Shown here: positions 1 through 10,096 of the stretch, piece by piece
How the letters are laid out: each line of letters opens with the position of its first letter
How positions within the stretch are numbered: position 1 is the stretch's first letter
NCBI GenBank assembly: GCA_900128585.1
Contig: LT642190.1
Span: forward strand, 1 to 37,778
Direction of reading: 5' to 3'
Length of the DNA stretch: 37,778 nucleotides
Source: Stramenopiles sp. TOSAG23-3
Taxonomy: Eukaryota
Position numbers and translations under genes: made by a program
The notes under the pieces: generated by a model
Database searches by the model: none
What the model was told of the DNA's origin: nothing
The model's input: only the letters and a program-made list of their open reading frames with translations

Positions 1-30
1 TTCGATCGCTCCTACATTGTTTTTGGTGGA

Positions 31-2028
31 GTGTTGTCCGTCCGTGGCTCTATACCTCTATCAACCCGTTTGGAAATGCTTTTCCTGGCGTCGGTGACCG
101 TCCTTCTCTCTTCGGAAACGTTTCGGCATGCGATCGAAGGCTGGTTTGCGGACGGGTCGATGGTGGCGGCGGAGAACGTACTGATCGCTTTTTTTACGAT
201 TGTGATCGTCGGTTGCGCCATGCTCTTGTACAAAGTATTGACCACGCCCGACCTGCCGGACGGCGCAAAGTTGCCCCCCGTGGTGAGCACGGGACTCCCG
301 GTTTTCGGCCCCGTGCTCGCCTTTCTGAAGAACCCCCTGGAAGCAGTGGACAACGCCAGGAAGGAGTACGGGGACGTGTTCACCATCAACATGTTTCATA
401 TTAAGTCCACGTTTCTCATCGGGAGCAAGGCCCACAAGGCCTTCTTCGAGGCAATGGACGACCACCTCGACCAGGCCCCCTGCTACCGGTTCATGATCCC
501 GGTCTTCGGGAAGGGGGTGGTGTACGACGCCCCGCTCAAGAAACGAAGACAGCAGATGCGGTTCCTGGGGGGGTCCCTCCGGCCCTCGGAGCTTCGAAGG
601 TACCCGGGCATAATTGCCAAGGAGGCCGCTGACTTCTTCAAAGCGTACGGGGCGAGCCACACCAAGGACTTGCTCCACGCGATGGCGGACCTGACCATCC
701 TCACCGCCAGCGCGACCCTCCACGGCCCGGAGGTACGGCAGCACCTGTACAAGGACGTCAGTCGCCTGTTCGCGGAACTCGACAAGGGAATTTCCCCCCT
801 CTCGATCCTGTTCCCGTACCTTCCCACCCCCGCCCACCGAGGGCGGGACAAGGCAAACAAGGGCATGATAGACCTGTTCACGAAAGTCATCCGGGAGCGC
901 CGGGCGAAGCAGCAGGCGGAAGGCAAGGCGGCCAAGAAAGGGGTCGACATGCTGCAGAAGCTCATGGACAGCACGTACAAGGACGGGACCCCGGTCCCCG
1001 ACCACGAGATTGCTGGCCTCCTCATCAGCGCCCTCTTCGCAGGGCAGCACACGTCGTCCATCACGCTCACCTGGACGCTCCTCTTTCTCCTGAAGGACGC
1101 CCGGAACGGCGGGAAGTGGCTGAAAAAGGTCAAGGACGAGCTTGCGGCCGTGGAGCCGTCCCCGGGGGCCTTTGCCCGCGGGGAGGTCGACCACGAGACC
1201 GTCTCGAAGATGGACGTCCTCCACGCCTGCATCAAGGAGACCTTGCGCATGTACCCGCCGCTGATCTTTTTGATGCGGCGGGTCGTGAACAAGCCCCTCG
1301 AGGTGTGCGGGTACCACGTCCCCGAAGGGCACAACGTCTGGGTGTCCAACGCGGTCGCCCAGCGCTTGCCGGAGGTGTTCCCGAACCCCAACACGTACGA
1401 CCCGTCGCGCTGGATGACCTTTGACATTCGGAAACTTCCCCCGTACTCGTTCATCGGCTTCGGCGCTGGCATTCACACCTGCATGGGCGAGTCGTTCGCG
1501 TTCATGCAGCTGCGCACTGTGCTCTCGGTCATCCTCTCGTCGTTTGATCTAGAGATGATGGGCGAGTTCCCGGCCCCAAGCTACGAGGCCATGGTCGTCA
1601 TGCCCAAAGGCCCGAACATGATACGGTTCACTAGGAAGACGTCGGCGGGCACGACCGGGAAAGGGGTCGCCGGGCCGCGCGCAGGCGCCGCCAAAAAGGC
1701 CAAGAAGAAAAAGGCCGTGGCGGCGACAACGGCTCCGTCGGCGCATGGCGCCGTGTCAATGAACGCGGCGGTGGACGCCACGTTTACGCCCAAGGAAGTG
1801 GCGAAGCACAACACCGCCGACGATTTGTGGATCATCGTGAAAGGAAAGGTCTACGATGTCACCACGTACCTGCCGGTGCACCAGGGGGGGGACGCGATCT
1901 TGAAATTTGCGGGGAAGGACGCGACACAGGGTGTCTACGGTCCGCAGCATCCCAGCACGGTCCCGAAACTTTTGGAACGCTACTACATCGGCGATTTGGC
2001 CGCAGAGTATCATAGTAAATTAAATTAA
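31..2028 (+). CDS. CYP51: Sterol 14-alpha-demethylase (CYP51) fused to a C-terminal cytochrome b5 domain; 5' end uncertain (frame open from base 1, first ATG at 76)
   Basis: CYP51 signatures YRFMIPVFGKGVVYDA, I-helix AGQHTSS, KETLRMYPP (ExxR) and heme motif FGAGIHTCMG (Cys at 1480). After a Lys/Ala-rich linker comes the b5 pattern FTPKEVAKHN..DLWIIVKGKVYDVT.YL..HQGG..IL..AGKDAT..QHP..LERYYIGDL. Confidence 0.93.
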   Translation: MLSVRGSIPLSTRLEMLFLASVTVLLSSETFRHAIEGWFADGSMVAAENVLIAFFTIVIVGCAMLLYKVLTTPDLPDGAKLPPVVSTGLPVFGPVLAFLKNPLEAVDNARKEYGDVFTINMFHIKSTFLIGSKAHKAFFEAMDDHLDQAPCYRFMIPVFGKGVVYDAPLKKRRQQMRFLGGSLRPSELRRYPGIIAKEAADFFKAYGASHTKDLLHAMADLTILTASATLHGPEVRQHLYKDVSRLFAELDKGISPLSILFPYLPTPAHRGRDKANKGMIDLFTKVIRERRAKQQAEGKAAKKGVDMLQKLMDSTYKDGTPVPDHEIAGLLISALFAGQHTSSITLTWTLLFLLKDARNGGKWLKKVKDELAAVEPSPGAFARGEVDHETVSKMDVLHACIKETLRMYPPLIFLMRRVVNKPLEVCGYHVPEGHNVWVSNAVAQRLPEVFPNPNTYDPSRWMTFDIRKLPPYSFIGFGAGIHTCMGESFAFMQLRTVLSVILSSFDLEMMGEFPAPSYEAMVVMPKGPNMIRFTRKTSAGTTGKGVAGPRAGAAKKAKKKKAVAATTAPSAHGAVSMNAAVDATFTPKEVAKHNTADDLWIIVKGKVYDVTTYLPVHQGGDAILKFAGKDATQGVYGPQHPSTVPKLLERYYIGDLAAEYHSKLN

Positions 2029-2257
2029 AAAGCAAGAAAATTGGCTGTTGTTTAAGAAAAAAACAAAAAGCTTCCTCATACATAAACTAAATGAAAAACG
2101 AACTTTGATACGTTTGAACGCTGGCCGTAAGTTAAAGTTAAAACACGAAAGCTAAATACTTCGCGGCCGTATAAAACGTATCCATAAAAGAATAAACGAA
2201 ACAATATCGTATGATGAGTCAAGCCTTGAAAAAAAAGGTGATTTCTTTATAATATTT

Positions 2258-2333
2258 GATTTAGTGCCGGGTATAATTTGTTTTTTTTGATTTAGTGCCG
2301 GGTATAATTTGTTTTTTTTGATTTAGTGCCGGG
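2258..2333. repeat. 31-bp tandem repeat, about 2.5 copies (GATTTAGTGCCGGGTATAATTTGTTTTTTTT)
   Basis: Units start at 2258, 2289 and 2320, in the convergent gap between two genes. Confidence 0.9.
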
Positions 2334-2347
2334 CTACACGTTTTTAT

Positions 2348-3853
2348 TTAATTCAAAAAAATGCTGACAGCGCGATCTTTCGGTTCAAGTTCAACCCGAC
2401 TGAAGTGCCAGCGGATGTCAGATTTTGATACTGGTTGGAGAGATCCACTCCTTGGCCGAGACTCTTGCGTCGAGGCATTACGGTCCGCGAGGTCATCAAA
2501 GTCTTCGAACGAGTCTGTCGGCGGAAGAGGCATCGTACAGCCTTCGGAATCAAATCTCTCGAGCGATCCCGCGCGTTGTCGGTACCCCCCATTCTCTTTG
2601 TCATGCAGGGACTGAAATGTCTTGTAGCCGTGTGGTTGGTTGGTCCTGAACGTCTGAGCTACCTCCAACGAACCACCCCTTGATCGGAACTCTTGCTTTT
2701 GTTCAAATGGTGTGAAGGAACTAGTCCTTGACAGGCTCTCGGTGGTTGTTTCGTCGAACTCGAAGTCTCCGAGCGAGGTCGTGGACTCGTCCATGTCGAA
2801 GTCGTCTACCTCAACAGATTCACCCCTTGACCGGGACTCTTGCTTGAATGCATTGCGGTCCACATAGTCATTTTGTTCCAATGCCACGAAGGATTCAGTC
2901 CTTGGCCGGCTCTCGGTGTTCCTGCCGAAGTCGAGGTTTCCGAACGAGCTGCCCGTTGCTCTGCTCAGCGCCAGCAGCAAGGGGCCATCATTACCTTCGG
3001 GGTACACTCTCTCGGGCAATCCCTCTTCTTGTCGATTCCCATTCTCTTTGCCATACAGGACCCGAGATGACTTGCACTCTTTCGGGTGCTCGGGCCTAGA
3101 CGTCAGAAATACCCCCTCCTCGATCTTTACAGTCTTCGGCGACGCAGGTCTGGGGGAGAGTCGCTTCCCCTCCATGGAGACCACCTTGGAGACAGGTCGA
3201 ATGTTGTCTGGATCTGGGTCCAGCCTGTTTGTGACCTGCAAATAGCCGGCCGTGTGCTGCACCTTTCCCTGTCCATCGACCATAGCAATCTTCAAATCTT
3301 CGCCCCCGTTCTTTGGGCGTAGCACGAGTTCATGGTACACGCAGCGAAACGAAAGGCTGCACGATTCTTTCCCTTTCACAGCTTTCACCTCGGCCTGGTG
3401 ATTGTGCCGCTCACAGAATATAAGATCCCCCTGCTGCACGATAACGCCGTTCTTGTCGTAGAGCTCGATCCTGTCGAAGATACCTTTGCTCCCCGGATGC
3501 ACCTTGATGGCCTGGGTCGTGCCAGTCACCAACCTTGCATAAGTGTCTTTTATCACCATGGGCACGCCGTTCGGCATTCCAGGGATGTCGAACGTAGGGT
3601 TGGTGAGCGAGACGCTGATCGTGTCCTCCTTGAAGCAAATGACCGGCGCCTTCTTCTTCTGCTTCTGCGCCTTCTTCGCGCCCTTCTTTGCGTACTGCTC
3701 AACGTCGCTGATAAGGCACAGCGTCATCAAGGAGATCATGGACGTGGCCATCGAATGAGGCCTCACCTTCTTTTGTTTCGCGTGGTTCGAACGTTTTTTT
3801 CTCTTGTTGTGACCATTGCTGCCACGGAGGGCACTGTTGCTGCGCTTGGCCAT
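2348..3853 (-). CDS. Hypothetical 501-aa protein, probably nuclear: basic NLS-like N-terminus, beta-rich middle, acidic disordered C-terminus with repeated RxRxxS motifs
   Basis: Long ATG-initiated ORF with coding-like GC between AT-rich flanks; KRKKR and KKQKKKA clusters. No family recognised. Confidence 0.75.
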   Translation of the reverse strand: MAKRSNSALRGSNGHNKRKKRSNHAKQKKVRPHSMATSMISLMTLCLISDVEQYAKKGAKKAQKQKKKAPVICFKEDTISVSLTNPTFDIPGMPNGVPMVIKDTYARLVTGTTQAIKVHPGSKGIFDRIELYDKNGVIVQQGDLIFCERHNHQAEVKAVKGKESCSLSFRCVYHELVLRPKNGGEDLKIAMVDGQGKVQHTAGYLQVTNRLDPDPDNIRPVSKVVSMEGKRLSPRPASPKTVKIEEGVFLTSRPEHPKECKSSRVLYGKENGNRQEEGLPERVYPEGNDGPLLLALSRATGSSFGNLDFGRNTESRPRTESFVALEQNDYVDRNAFKQESRSRGESVEVDDFDMDESTTSLGDFEFDETTTESLSRTSSFTPFEQKQEFRSRGGSLEVAQTFRTNQPHGYKTFQSLHDKENGGYRQRAGSLERFDSEGCTMPLPPTDSFEDFDDLADRNASTQESRPRSGSLQPVSKSDIRWHFSRVELEPKDRAVSIFLN

Positions 3854-5120
3854 TGGGGTTGAATGGGGGAGGGAGGGGGGAGCGGGGGTGTAGAGCTAGG
3901 ATGCGAACTGGTCTACGGGAGTAGTAAATGCTATAGTTAAACTCCAACTATCTTTTTCTGAGATAGTTTGAAAAAAAGAATTAAATATTCGTAAGTTTAT
4001 TTACGTAATTGAATTGAATTGAATCTTTATTCTTACCCGTGTTCTTTCTCTTGAATTCATTTCAATATAGTATTCTATCTATAGTAGAACATACCTTCTC
4101 AAATACATACATACCCTCCCCCCCGCCGCCGCCGCCGCCCACTTTTTTTCTTCTTCTTTTTTTTTTTGTTGGAAAATCACACCTTCTTTTTGTCCTATGC
4201 TGTGTCTATGTATTACACAATCATTTTTCATAAAAAATAATTTTAGATCGACGCGCCAAACCTTTTTTTCTTCTTTTTTCTTTTCTTTTATCTGGGTTTT
4301 CCTATACTGTGTTTATGTAAAGTCAATGTCATTTTCTATTTTATTTAACACCGATGAACCTACTACTACTTTTCTTTTCTTTCAATGCTGTGTTTATGTA
4401 TATAATCCAGTTGGATCTATTTTCTTTTCCATAAATAACCTTTTATTAGTAGGTAAATAGCATAGAAAAAATGAATGGTTTCTTCGATTATTATATATAT
4501 ACTACACAGCATTAAAAATAACAGAAAACCCTCCAGATGCCGCCGTTTCAATGCTATGTTCCTATTCCATTCTCCCAAAGCCACCGTTCTTTCTTGATGG
4601 AATTTTATTAATAAAACAGGTAAATAGTATAGGAAAGAAAGAATTCAAGAAAGAATTAAGATCCAAAAATGAAAAAAAGAAAAGAATAGGAAAATAAATA
4701 TGTTGAGCGAGAACACAAAAGAAACTTCTTTTTATTCTTCTTTTTTCTATGCTATGATTATGTTAATTCTATTATACTTTTTTTTATCTTTTAAAGAAAG
4801 AAAGAAAGAAGAAAGAAAGAATGGAATAATGAAATCTTTCTTTATATTTCTTTCTTTCTTTCTTTCTTCTTTTGAGTTCTTTCTTTCTTTCTTTCTTTAA
4901 AACACGCGAGTGCGCCAAAACCTCAAATAATAGAAAACCAACCCACCAAAATAAAAAGTATAGAATTATGTATACTTATACTTATAATGATAGGATATAT
5001 TTATACATCGAAAAGAGAGGAGGGATGGCGCTTCTGCTTCTGACTGTTTTGTTGAGGGTCACAGATTACAGCTTACAGCTTACAGCATTGTAATTTCATT
5101 TGGGGCTTCTTTTTGTTTTG

Positions 5121-5385
5121 CGACGATCGACCTTTCAGCATTTATGAATTGGACCATCTGTGGGAAGTTATTAATACCAGGGTCGGACGTCGATAGTCAT
5201 TGGATGATTTTAGTAAGAGAGTCTTGGAACTTATAGTGCAAGTATCGGTCTTTCGACGGTTTACGATGAAACGGATTAATTTTTGAAGAGGCTAACCTGG
5301 GTTAAGTTTATACTGCACCGAGGTAGCTCAGTCACTAAACGGCACTCGGTAAGTTTGCGACCTTCGCCACGGAGACCGATTCGAA
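5121..5385 (+). ncRNA. Candidate structured non-coding RNA, family unassigned
   Basis: Hand-found helices 5121-5134/5179-5192 (13 of 14 pairs), 5244-5251/5373-5380 (perfect 8 bp) and 5317-5322/5345-5350. Sm-like AATTTTTGA at about 5278. No long ORF. Confidence 0.3.
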
Positions 5386-5439
5386 CCCTACCCTCGCGCT
5401 CCCCCCTCCCCCAAACAACCCATATCTCCTTCCCCCCGC

Positions 5440-8307
5440 TCAGATCGAGTGCTTGATGACTTTCCGCTTCAGGTCCAGCTCCAGGTTGTGGGCGGCAAAA
5501 TTTTGGGACTTGAAAAATTCCGACAAGTCGTGGATGTCCAGCTCCCGTGCCCTGCTCTTCAACAATTCTACACTAACTTCGACGTCGTCCATGTCATGCT
5601 GCTGCTGGCCGCGGTGGCGGCTTCTCAGCTGCGCGTACTGCTGCGCTTCCCGGACCAGCTGCTCCAGCACGTACATCAGCAGCGAATTGTTGTGCTTCTT
5701 GAACACCAAGTATTTTCTAAACTTTCGCCGCAGCGTCCGCTGGACGCTAAACTTCTGGGCGTCGATGAACGACTCGATCATCACCCGGATGGCCATGTCC
5801 AAATCGTCGTCCCGGACGTACTCCCGAAGGTGCATCTTTGCGTGGGCCTCGGACATGCGCATGATTGACTCGATGTGGCGGACCGTGATCGGCACGCCGC
5901 CCGCGTTGTGGGCCTCCCGCCGCAGGTCTGCGTACAGCTTCTTGACCTTCTCCTGGTCGATGTTCTGCAGCTGGGGCTTGATCTCTGCCCGGGCGAACAT
6001 GATGTACTTCCGAAGCAAATCCTGGGGGATGGTCTCCTGCCCCGCGTCGCCGATGATCCCCTTTTTGACGGGGGACTTTCCGGGCGACGCGGCGGGCGGG
6101 TGGTCTGGGGCAAGGGCGGTGCTGGCGGTCTCCTTTCCCGGGGTGGCCGCGTCGGCGCTCGCGGGGGCGTCGTCGGCCCCCTCCGGGCCGTTGGCGCCGT
6201 ACGAGGGGTGGCTGCGAATGTGGCTGCCGACGACGAACCGGGCGAGCCGCTCGTCCTGCACGGGGTTGACTTCGTCGATCAGGACGCAGAGGTTGTCGAA
6301 CCGGGACAGGATCGGGTCGGTGAGCTCGACGTTCTCGGCGAACGTGCGCTGGGGATCGTAGCGCCCGCCGATGGGGTTCGCGGCCGCGATGATCGCGCAC
6401 CGGGCCTTGAGGGTGGTGACGATCCCGGCCTTGGAGATCGAGATGGACTGCTGCTCCATCGCTTCGTGGATGCTGGTCCGGTCGGCGTCGTTCATTTTGT
6501 CGAACTCGTCGATCAGGCAGATCCCGCGGTCGGCCAGGACCAGGGCCCCGCCCTCCAGGGTCCACTCCCGGGTCACCGGGTCCTTCTGCACCGCTGCCGT
6601 GAGCCCGACGGCCGAGGCCCCCTTCCCCGTACTGTACACTGTCCTGGGCGCCGTCTTCTCCACGTACTTCAAGAACTGCGACTTGGCGCACCCCGGGTCC
6701 CCCATGATCAGGCAGTTGATGTCCCCGCGAACGTGGTGCTTGTTGTTGATGTTCTTCTCCCGGCCGCCGAACATGGACAGGGCGAGGGCCCGCTTGACCT
6801 TCTTCAGGCCGTAGATGGACGGGGCGATGCTGTCGACGATCCGCTCCCCGATCCGCGGGTCCCTTGCCAGCTCGCGAATGTTCCGTTTGTCCTCCTCCGT
6901 CAGCAAGTGGCGGGCCATCATGGTCTCCCCTTTCTGGATGAAGTTGGCCTGGATGACGGTGGAGAAGACCGGGAAGCCCTGCATGGCGTTCATCCGCACG
7001 TCGTACGTGTTCATGTAAATCCCGGTGACCTCGACCTCCTCCCCGGGGCGGGCCGTGTCGATCAGGTCGTCCAGCAAAATGACGTCCTTGTGGCGCGGCA
7101 CCCGGCCGGCCGGGACGGTCCCGGGGCTCTCCTGGAGCGTGAGCCGCTGGTAGTTCCGGTACAGGGTACGCTCCATGTCGATGGTGAAGTTGGCGCCCTC
7201 GCACTGGGGGCACATGGACGGCTTCGGGACCTCCTGGCCCTCGACGTGGTACGGGTCGGTGACGTACTCGCAGGCCATGCACTTGAACCGCATAGCTTTG
7301 AACTGGGGAAACACGGACGTTCGCCGGGTCACGACCCCGCCCACCTTGATCAGGGCGTTCAGGTGGATCTGGCGAAGCTCCCGCAGGTTGTCCCGGATCG
7401 GAAGGTCCGTGATGCGCACGAAGATCTGGTCGTGGATCTCCTTGTAGTCCGCGAACTGCTGGAGGACGACGTCCCGAGAGACCTCGTTGAAGATGTTCAG
7501 CATGTCCTTGGGCGCGTCCGCGAGCCAGATCGCCAGCAGCGGCGCGCTCCGGCTGAGGTGAAGGTAGGACACCTGGAGGCTCTGGTCGTTCGCCGCGCAC
7601 ATGGCCCGAATGCGCTCCTCGTAGACGTTGTTCTCGCCCTCGTCGACGTACATCCGAATGAAGTTTCGGAAGCGTTTCTTGATCTCCCGCCGAGGGCGCT
7701 CCTGGGCGATCCACTCCTTGAGCGGGACGTTGAAGTCGTCCAGGGCGAACTGGATGTCGTCCTCGTCGAAGTCAACCTCCCCCGCCGCCCGCTCGGCCAT
7801 GCGCCGGCGCTGGCGGGAGGGCTCCAACTCCGAGTGCTCGTCCTCGGAGTCTTGCAGGGCCAAGGGCAGGCGCTGGCCCTGGCGCCGCATCTCGTCCCGG
7901 TCCCGATGCCGCATTTCGACCTCTGCGGCGTGCCGTGCGTCGTCGGAGATCCGTTCGTACTCTCGCCGGTCCAGCCCTCGGCCCTCGTATGTGTCCAGAA
8001 CGGGCATTGCCCGGTAGTCCTGCTCAATCCCCTCGTCGACAAGCTCTTCCCCGTCGTCCTCGTCGTCCCCCAACCGGTCCAAATCGTTCTGGAGCGCGGC
8101 CGGGCCACGCCGGGCGTTCCCCCCCCGTCGCTGGTCCGTCCGCCGCCGTATCACCCCGGGGGACGAGTCCGGGGCGTCCTGCCCTGGGCCCATTGATCGG
8201 TTCGGCGCGCTCGCATCGTCGTCCGACGAGGACGCAGACGAGGCGCCGTCGCTGTCGTCCTCGTCCCGACGACGTTTGCGTCCAGAGGAGGACGGGCTGG
8301 TCGACAT
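5440..8307 (-). CDS. MCM2: DNA replication licensing factor MCM2
   Basis: Acidic N-terminal histone-binding region (DYRAMPVLDTYE), Zn finger CMAC..CPQC, QESPGTVPAGRVPR, Walker A GDPGCAKSQ, IDEFDKM, arginine finger SRFD, ITVRHIES. Confidence 0.97.
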   Translation of the reverse strand: MSTSPSSSGRKRRRDEDDSDGASSASSSDDDASAPNRSMGPGQDAPDSSPGVIRRRTDQRRGGNARRGPAALQNDLDRLGDDEDDGEELVDEGIEQDYRAMPVLDTYEGRGLDRREYERISDDARHAAEVEMRHRDRDEMRRQGQRLPLALQDSEDEHSELEPSRQRRRMAERAAGEVDFDEDDIQFALDDFNVPLKEWIAQERPRREIKKRFRNFIRMYVDEGENNVYEERIRAMCAANDQSLQVSYLHLSRSAPLLAIWLADAPKDMLNIFNEVSRDVVLQQFADYKEIHDQIFVRITDLPIRDNLRELRQIHLNALIKVGGVVTRRTSVFPQFKAMRFKCMACEYVTDPYHVEGQEVPKPSMCPQCEGANFTIDMERTLYRNYQRLTLQESPGTVPAGRVPRHKDVILLDDLIDTARPGEEVEVTGIYMNTYDVRMNAMQGFPVFSTVIQANFIQKGETMMARHLLTEEDKRNIRELARDPRIGERIVDSIAPSIYGLKKVKRALALSMFGGREKNINNKHHVRGDINCLIMGDPGCAKSQFLKYVEKTAPRTVYSTGKGASAVGLTAAVQKDPVTREWTLEGGALVLADRGICLIDEFDKMNDADRTSIHEAMEQQSISISKAGIVTTLKARCAIIAAANPIGGRYDPQRTFAENVELTDPILSRFDNLCVLIDEVNPVQDERLARFVVGSHIRSHPSYGANGPEGADDAPASADAATPGKETASTALAPDHPPAASPGKSPVKKGIIGDAGQETIPQDLLRKYIMFARAEIKPQLQNIDQEKVKKLYADLRREAHNAGGVPITVRHIESIMRMSEAHAKMHLREYVRDDDLDMAIRVMIESFIDAQKFSVQRTLRRKFRKYLVFKKHNNSLLMYVLEQLVREAQQYAQLRSRHRGQQQHDMDDVEVSVELLKSRARELDIHDLSEFFKSQNFAAHNLELDLKRKVIKHSI

Positions 8308-8812
8308 GACGGGTGGTAAAACCGGAAAGAAAGAAAGAAATACGTATATATATATGTATAAAACAAAAGTGCAAACGTCTCAGAAAACGGTCTCTACCTG
8401 TCCTAAAAAAACTCTTTCCCGTTACAGTAGTGTTGTCGTATCTCTTTCTCTTCTTCATTTGTTATTCAAAGGAAAGAAAAACCAACGAAAAAAGGAAATG
8501 AAAACGAAATGAAAAGGAATCGAAAATGGAATCGAAATAAAAGCAAAAGATTCCTTCTTTTCTTTCTTCTTACTTTTCTTCTTTCCACCAAAACCATGAT
8601 TTCTTCTTCTATGCTATGTACCTGTTATAGAATAAAGAAAAAGAACTCCTATTCGAAATCCCAAAAAATCTCAACGAAAAAAGATACTTTTATCCTTTTC
8701 TATTTCAATAATTACAATTCATTCATTCTTACATAATCATAGCATCGAACATCCTTTTGAAATATTTTTGCTTTCTATAAAATACGTCAAATACTTTAAA
8801 CGGGCTTTGTCA

Positions 8813-8821
8813 TTTCCCGCC
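8813..8821 (+). promoter_or_regulatory. E2F-like site TTTCCCGCC about 500 bp upstream of MCM2 (second E2F-like TTGGCGGGAG at 9006-9015)
   Basis: Matches TTTSSCGC in an AT-rich background. MCM promoters are E2F targets in plants and animals. Confidence 0.4.
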
Positions 8822-9540
8822 TTGGAACTCGCGCAATACTGTGTTCCTGTTAATAAGAAAAGCAAACCCTTCCTGCTATGTTCCTATTAATAGTGTTATG
8901 GTATGTGCCTGTTTCTTGAAGCATGGTTTTGGTGTTAATGCTGTGACGTTGTAATTGTATCTATATAGAATAATATTTAGTAGTCTTAATATGTACTTGT
9001 AATTGTTGGCGGGAGAAGGATTACCGGTTGGTATTATAAAATAGGTAATTATGAATTTATACAGGTATTATAATATGTATTAGAAGGGATATTGATAGGA
9101 TATGTTCGTAGTCATTGATGTACTAAAAAAGTTCACTCCTCCATCACCGAATCGTTCTTTTTATTTAAGGTATATGGAAATAGTGTATTCTTTAGTTCTA
9201 TCGTATTAGCTGTATTCATAGGTTCACTCTTTTCCATTTTAAAAGTAATTAAACAGAACTGAACAGAATGAAACTTAATTTCAATTGAATCTTTTTAATT
9301 CTTCTTAATATATACACAGTATCTCTTATTTATATTTATGAAATTGCATCTAAATCCTGAAATTCAATTTGCTTTTTTGGGACACCATTCGTTGAAGGAA
9401 ATCTCAAGAATTAAAAGATGGACAATGCTGTGACAGTATTAATATATATTATACACATCATAGCATTAATTGATATTGCCTATCATAATACTCACTAGAC
9501 TATGCATTATTTTATTATAACTATGTAGAATAGGATTGAA

Positions 9541-9840
9541 GTTGTCTTTCTTTCTTTCTTTCTTTCTTCTTTTCTTTCTTCTTTTCTTTCTTCTTTTCTT
9601 TCTTCTTTTCTTTCTTTCTTTCTTCTTTCTTTCTTTCTTTCTTCTTTCTTTTCTTACTTTCTTCTTTTCTTTCTTTCTTCTTTCTTTCTTCTTTTCTTTC
9701 TTCTTCTTTTCTTTCTTCTTTTCTTTCTTCTTTTCTTTCTTCTTTCTTTCTTTCTTTCTTTCCTTTCTTCTTTTCTTTCTTCTTTTCTTTCTTTCTTCGT
9801 TTCTTTCTTCTTTTCTTTCTTCTTTTCTTCTTCCTCCTTC
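9541..9840. repeat. Polypyrimidine (CTTT/CTT) low-complexity tract
   Basis: About 300 bp almost entirely C and T; similar shorter tracts occur in the other divergent intergenic regions. Confidence 0.95.
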
Positions 9841-10096
9841 AAAAGCAACGGCCACCATTTCATTTCCATCCATCCCAATAATAATAGTTTTAAATGAAGA
9901 CTAATAACAATCTCACAACCTCACTCTCTCTCTTTGTCTATCTTTTTTTGACCGATGGTTAACGTTTTAGTGTTCCTCTTTTCCCCTGTTGCCCAGTCTC
10001 ACTCCCTCTCTCTGTCTCCCCTGCCCTTCCCCTTTCTTACGACGTAAATAGTCAAACATGAGCGGACGAACGAGTACACCGACGAGCGGGCGTGCC

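Noticed and set aside
2258-2333. 31-bp repeat as a CRISPR array
   Set aside because: Head-to-tail copies with no spacers, in a eukaryotic context with no cas genes.
5317-5398. tRNA-like A and B boxes
   Set aside because: D, anticodon and T stems do not pair into a cloverleaf; kept only as part of the unassigned RNA candidate.
6682-6705. MCM2 Walker A variant GDPGCAKS (usually T)
   Set aside because: Variable position; the catalytic Lys-Ser is intact.
5875-8196. 773-aa antisense ORF and 655-aa alternate-frame ORF over MCM2, plus similar shadow ORFs over CYP51, TM9SF and the cyclase
   Set aside because: Expected by-products of high GC3 codon bias; no motifs, and they overlap clear conserved genes.
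9466-9904. K/E/R-rich and F/L/S-rich ORFs
   Set aside because: Translations of the CT microsatellite.
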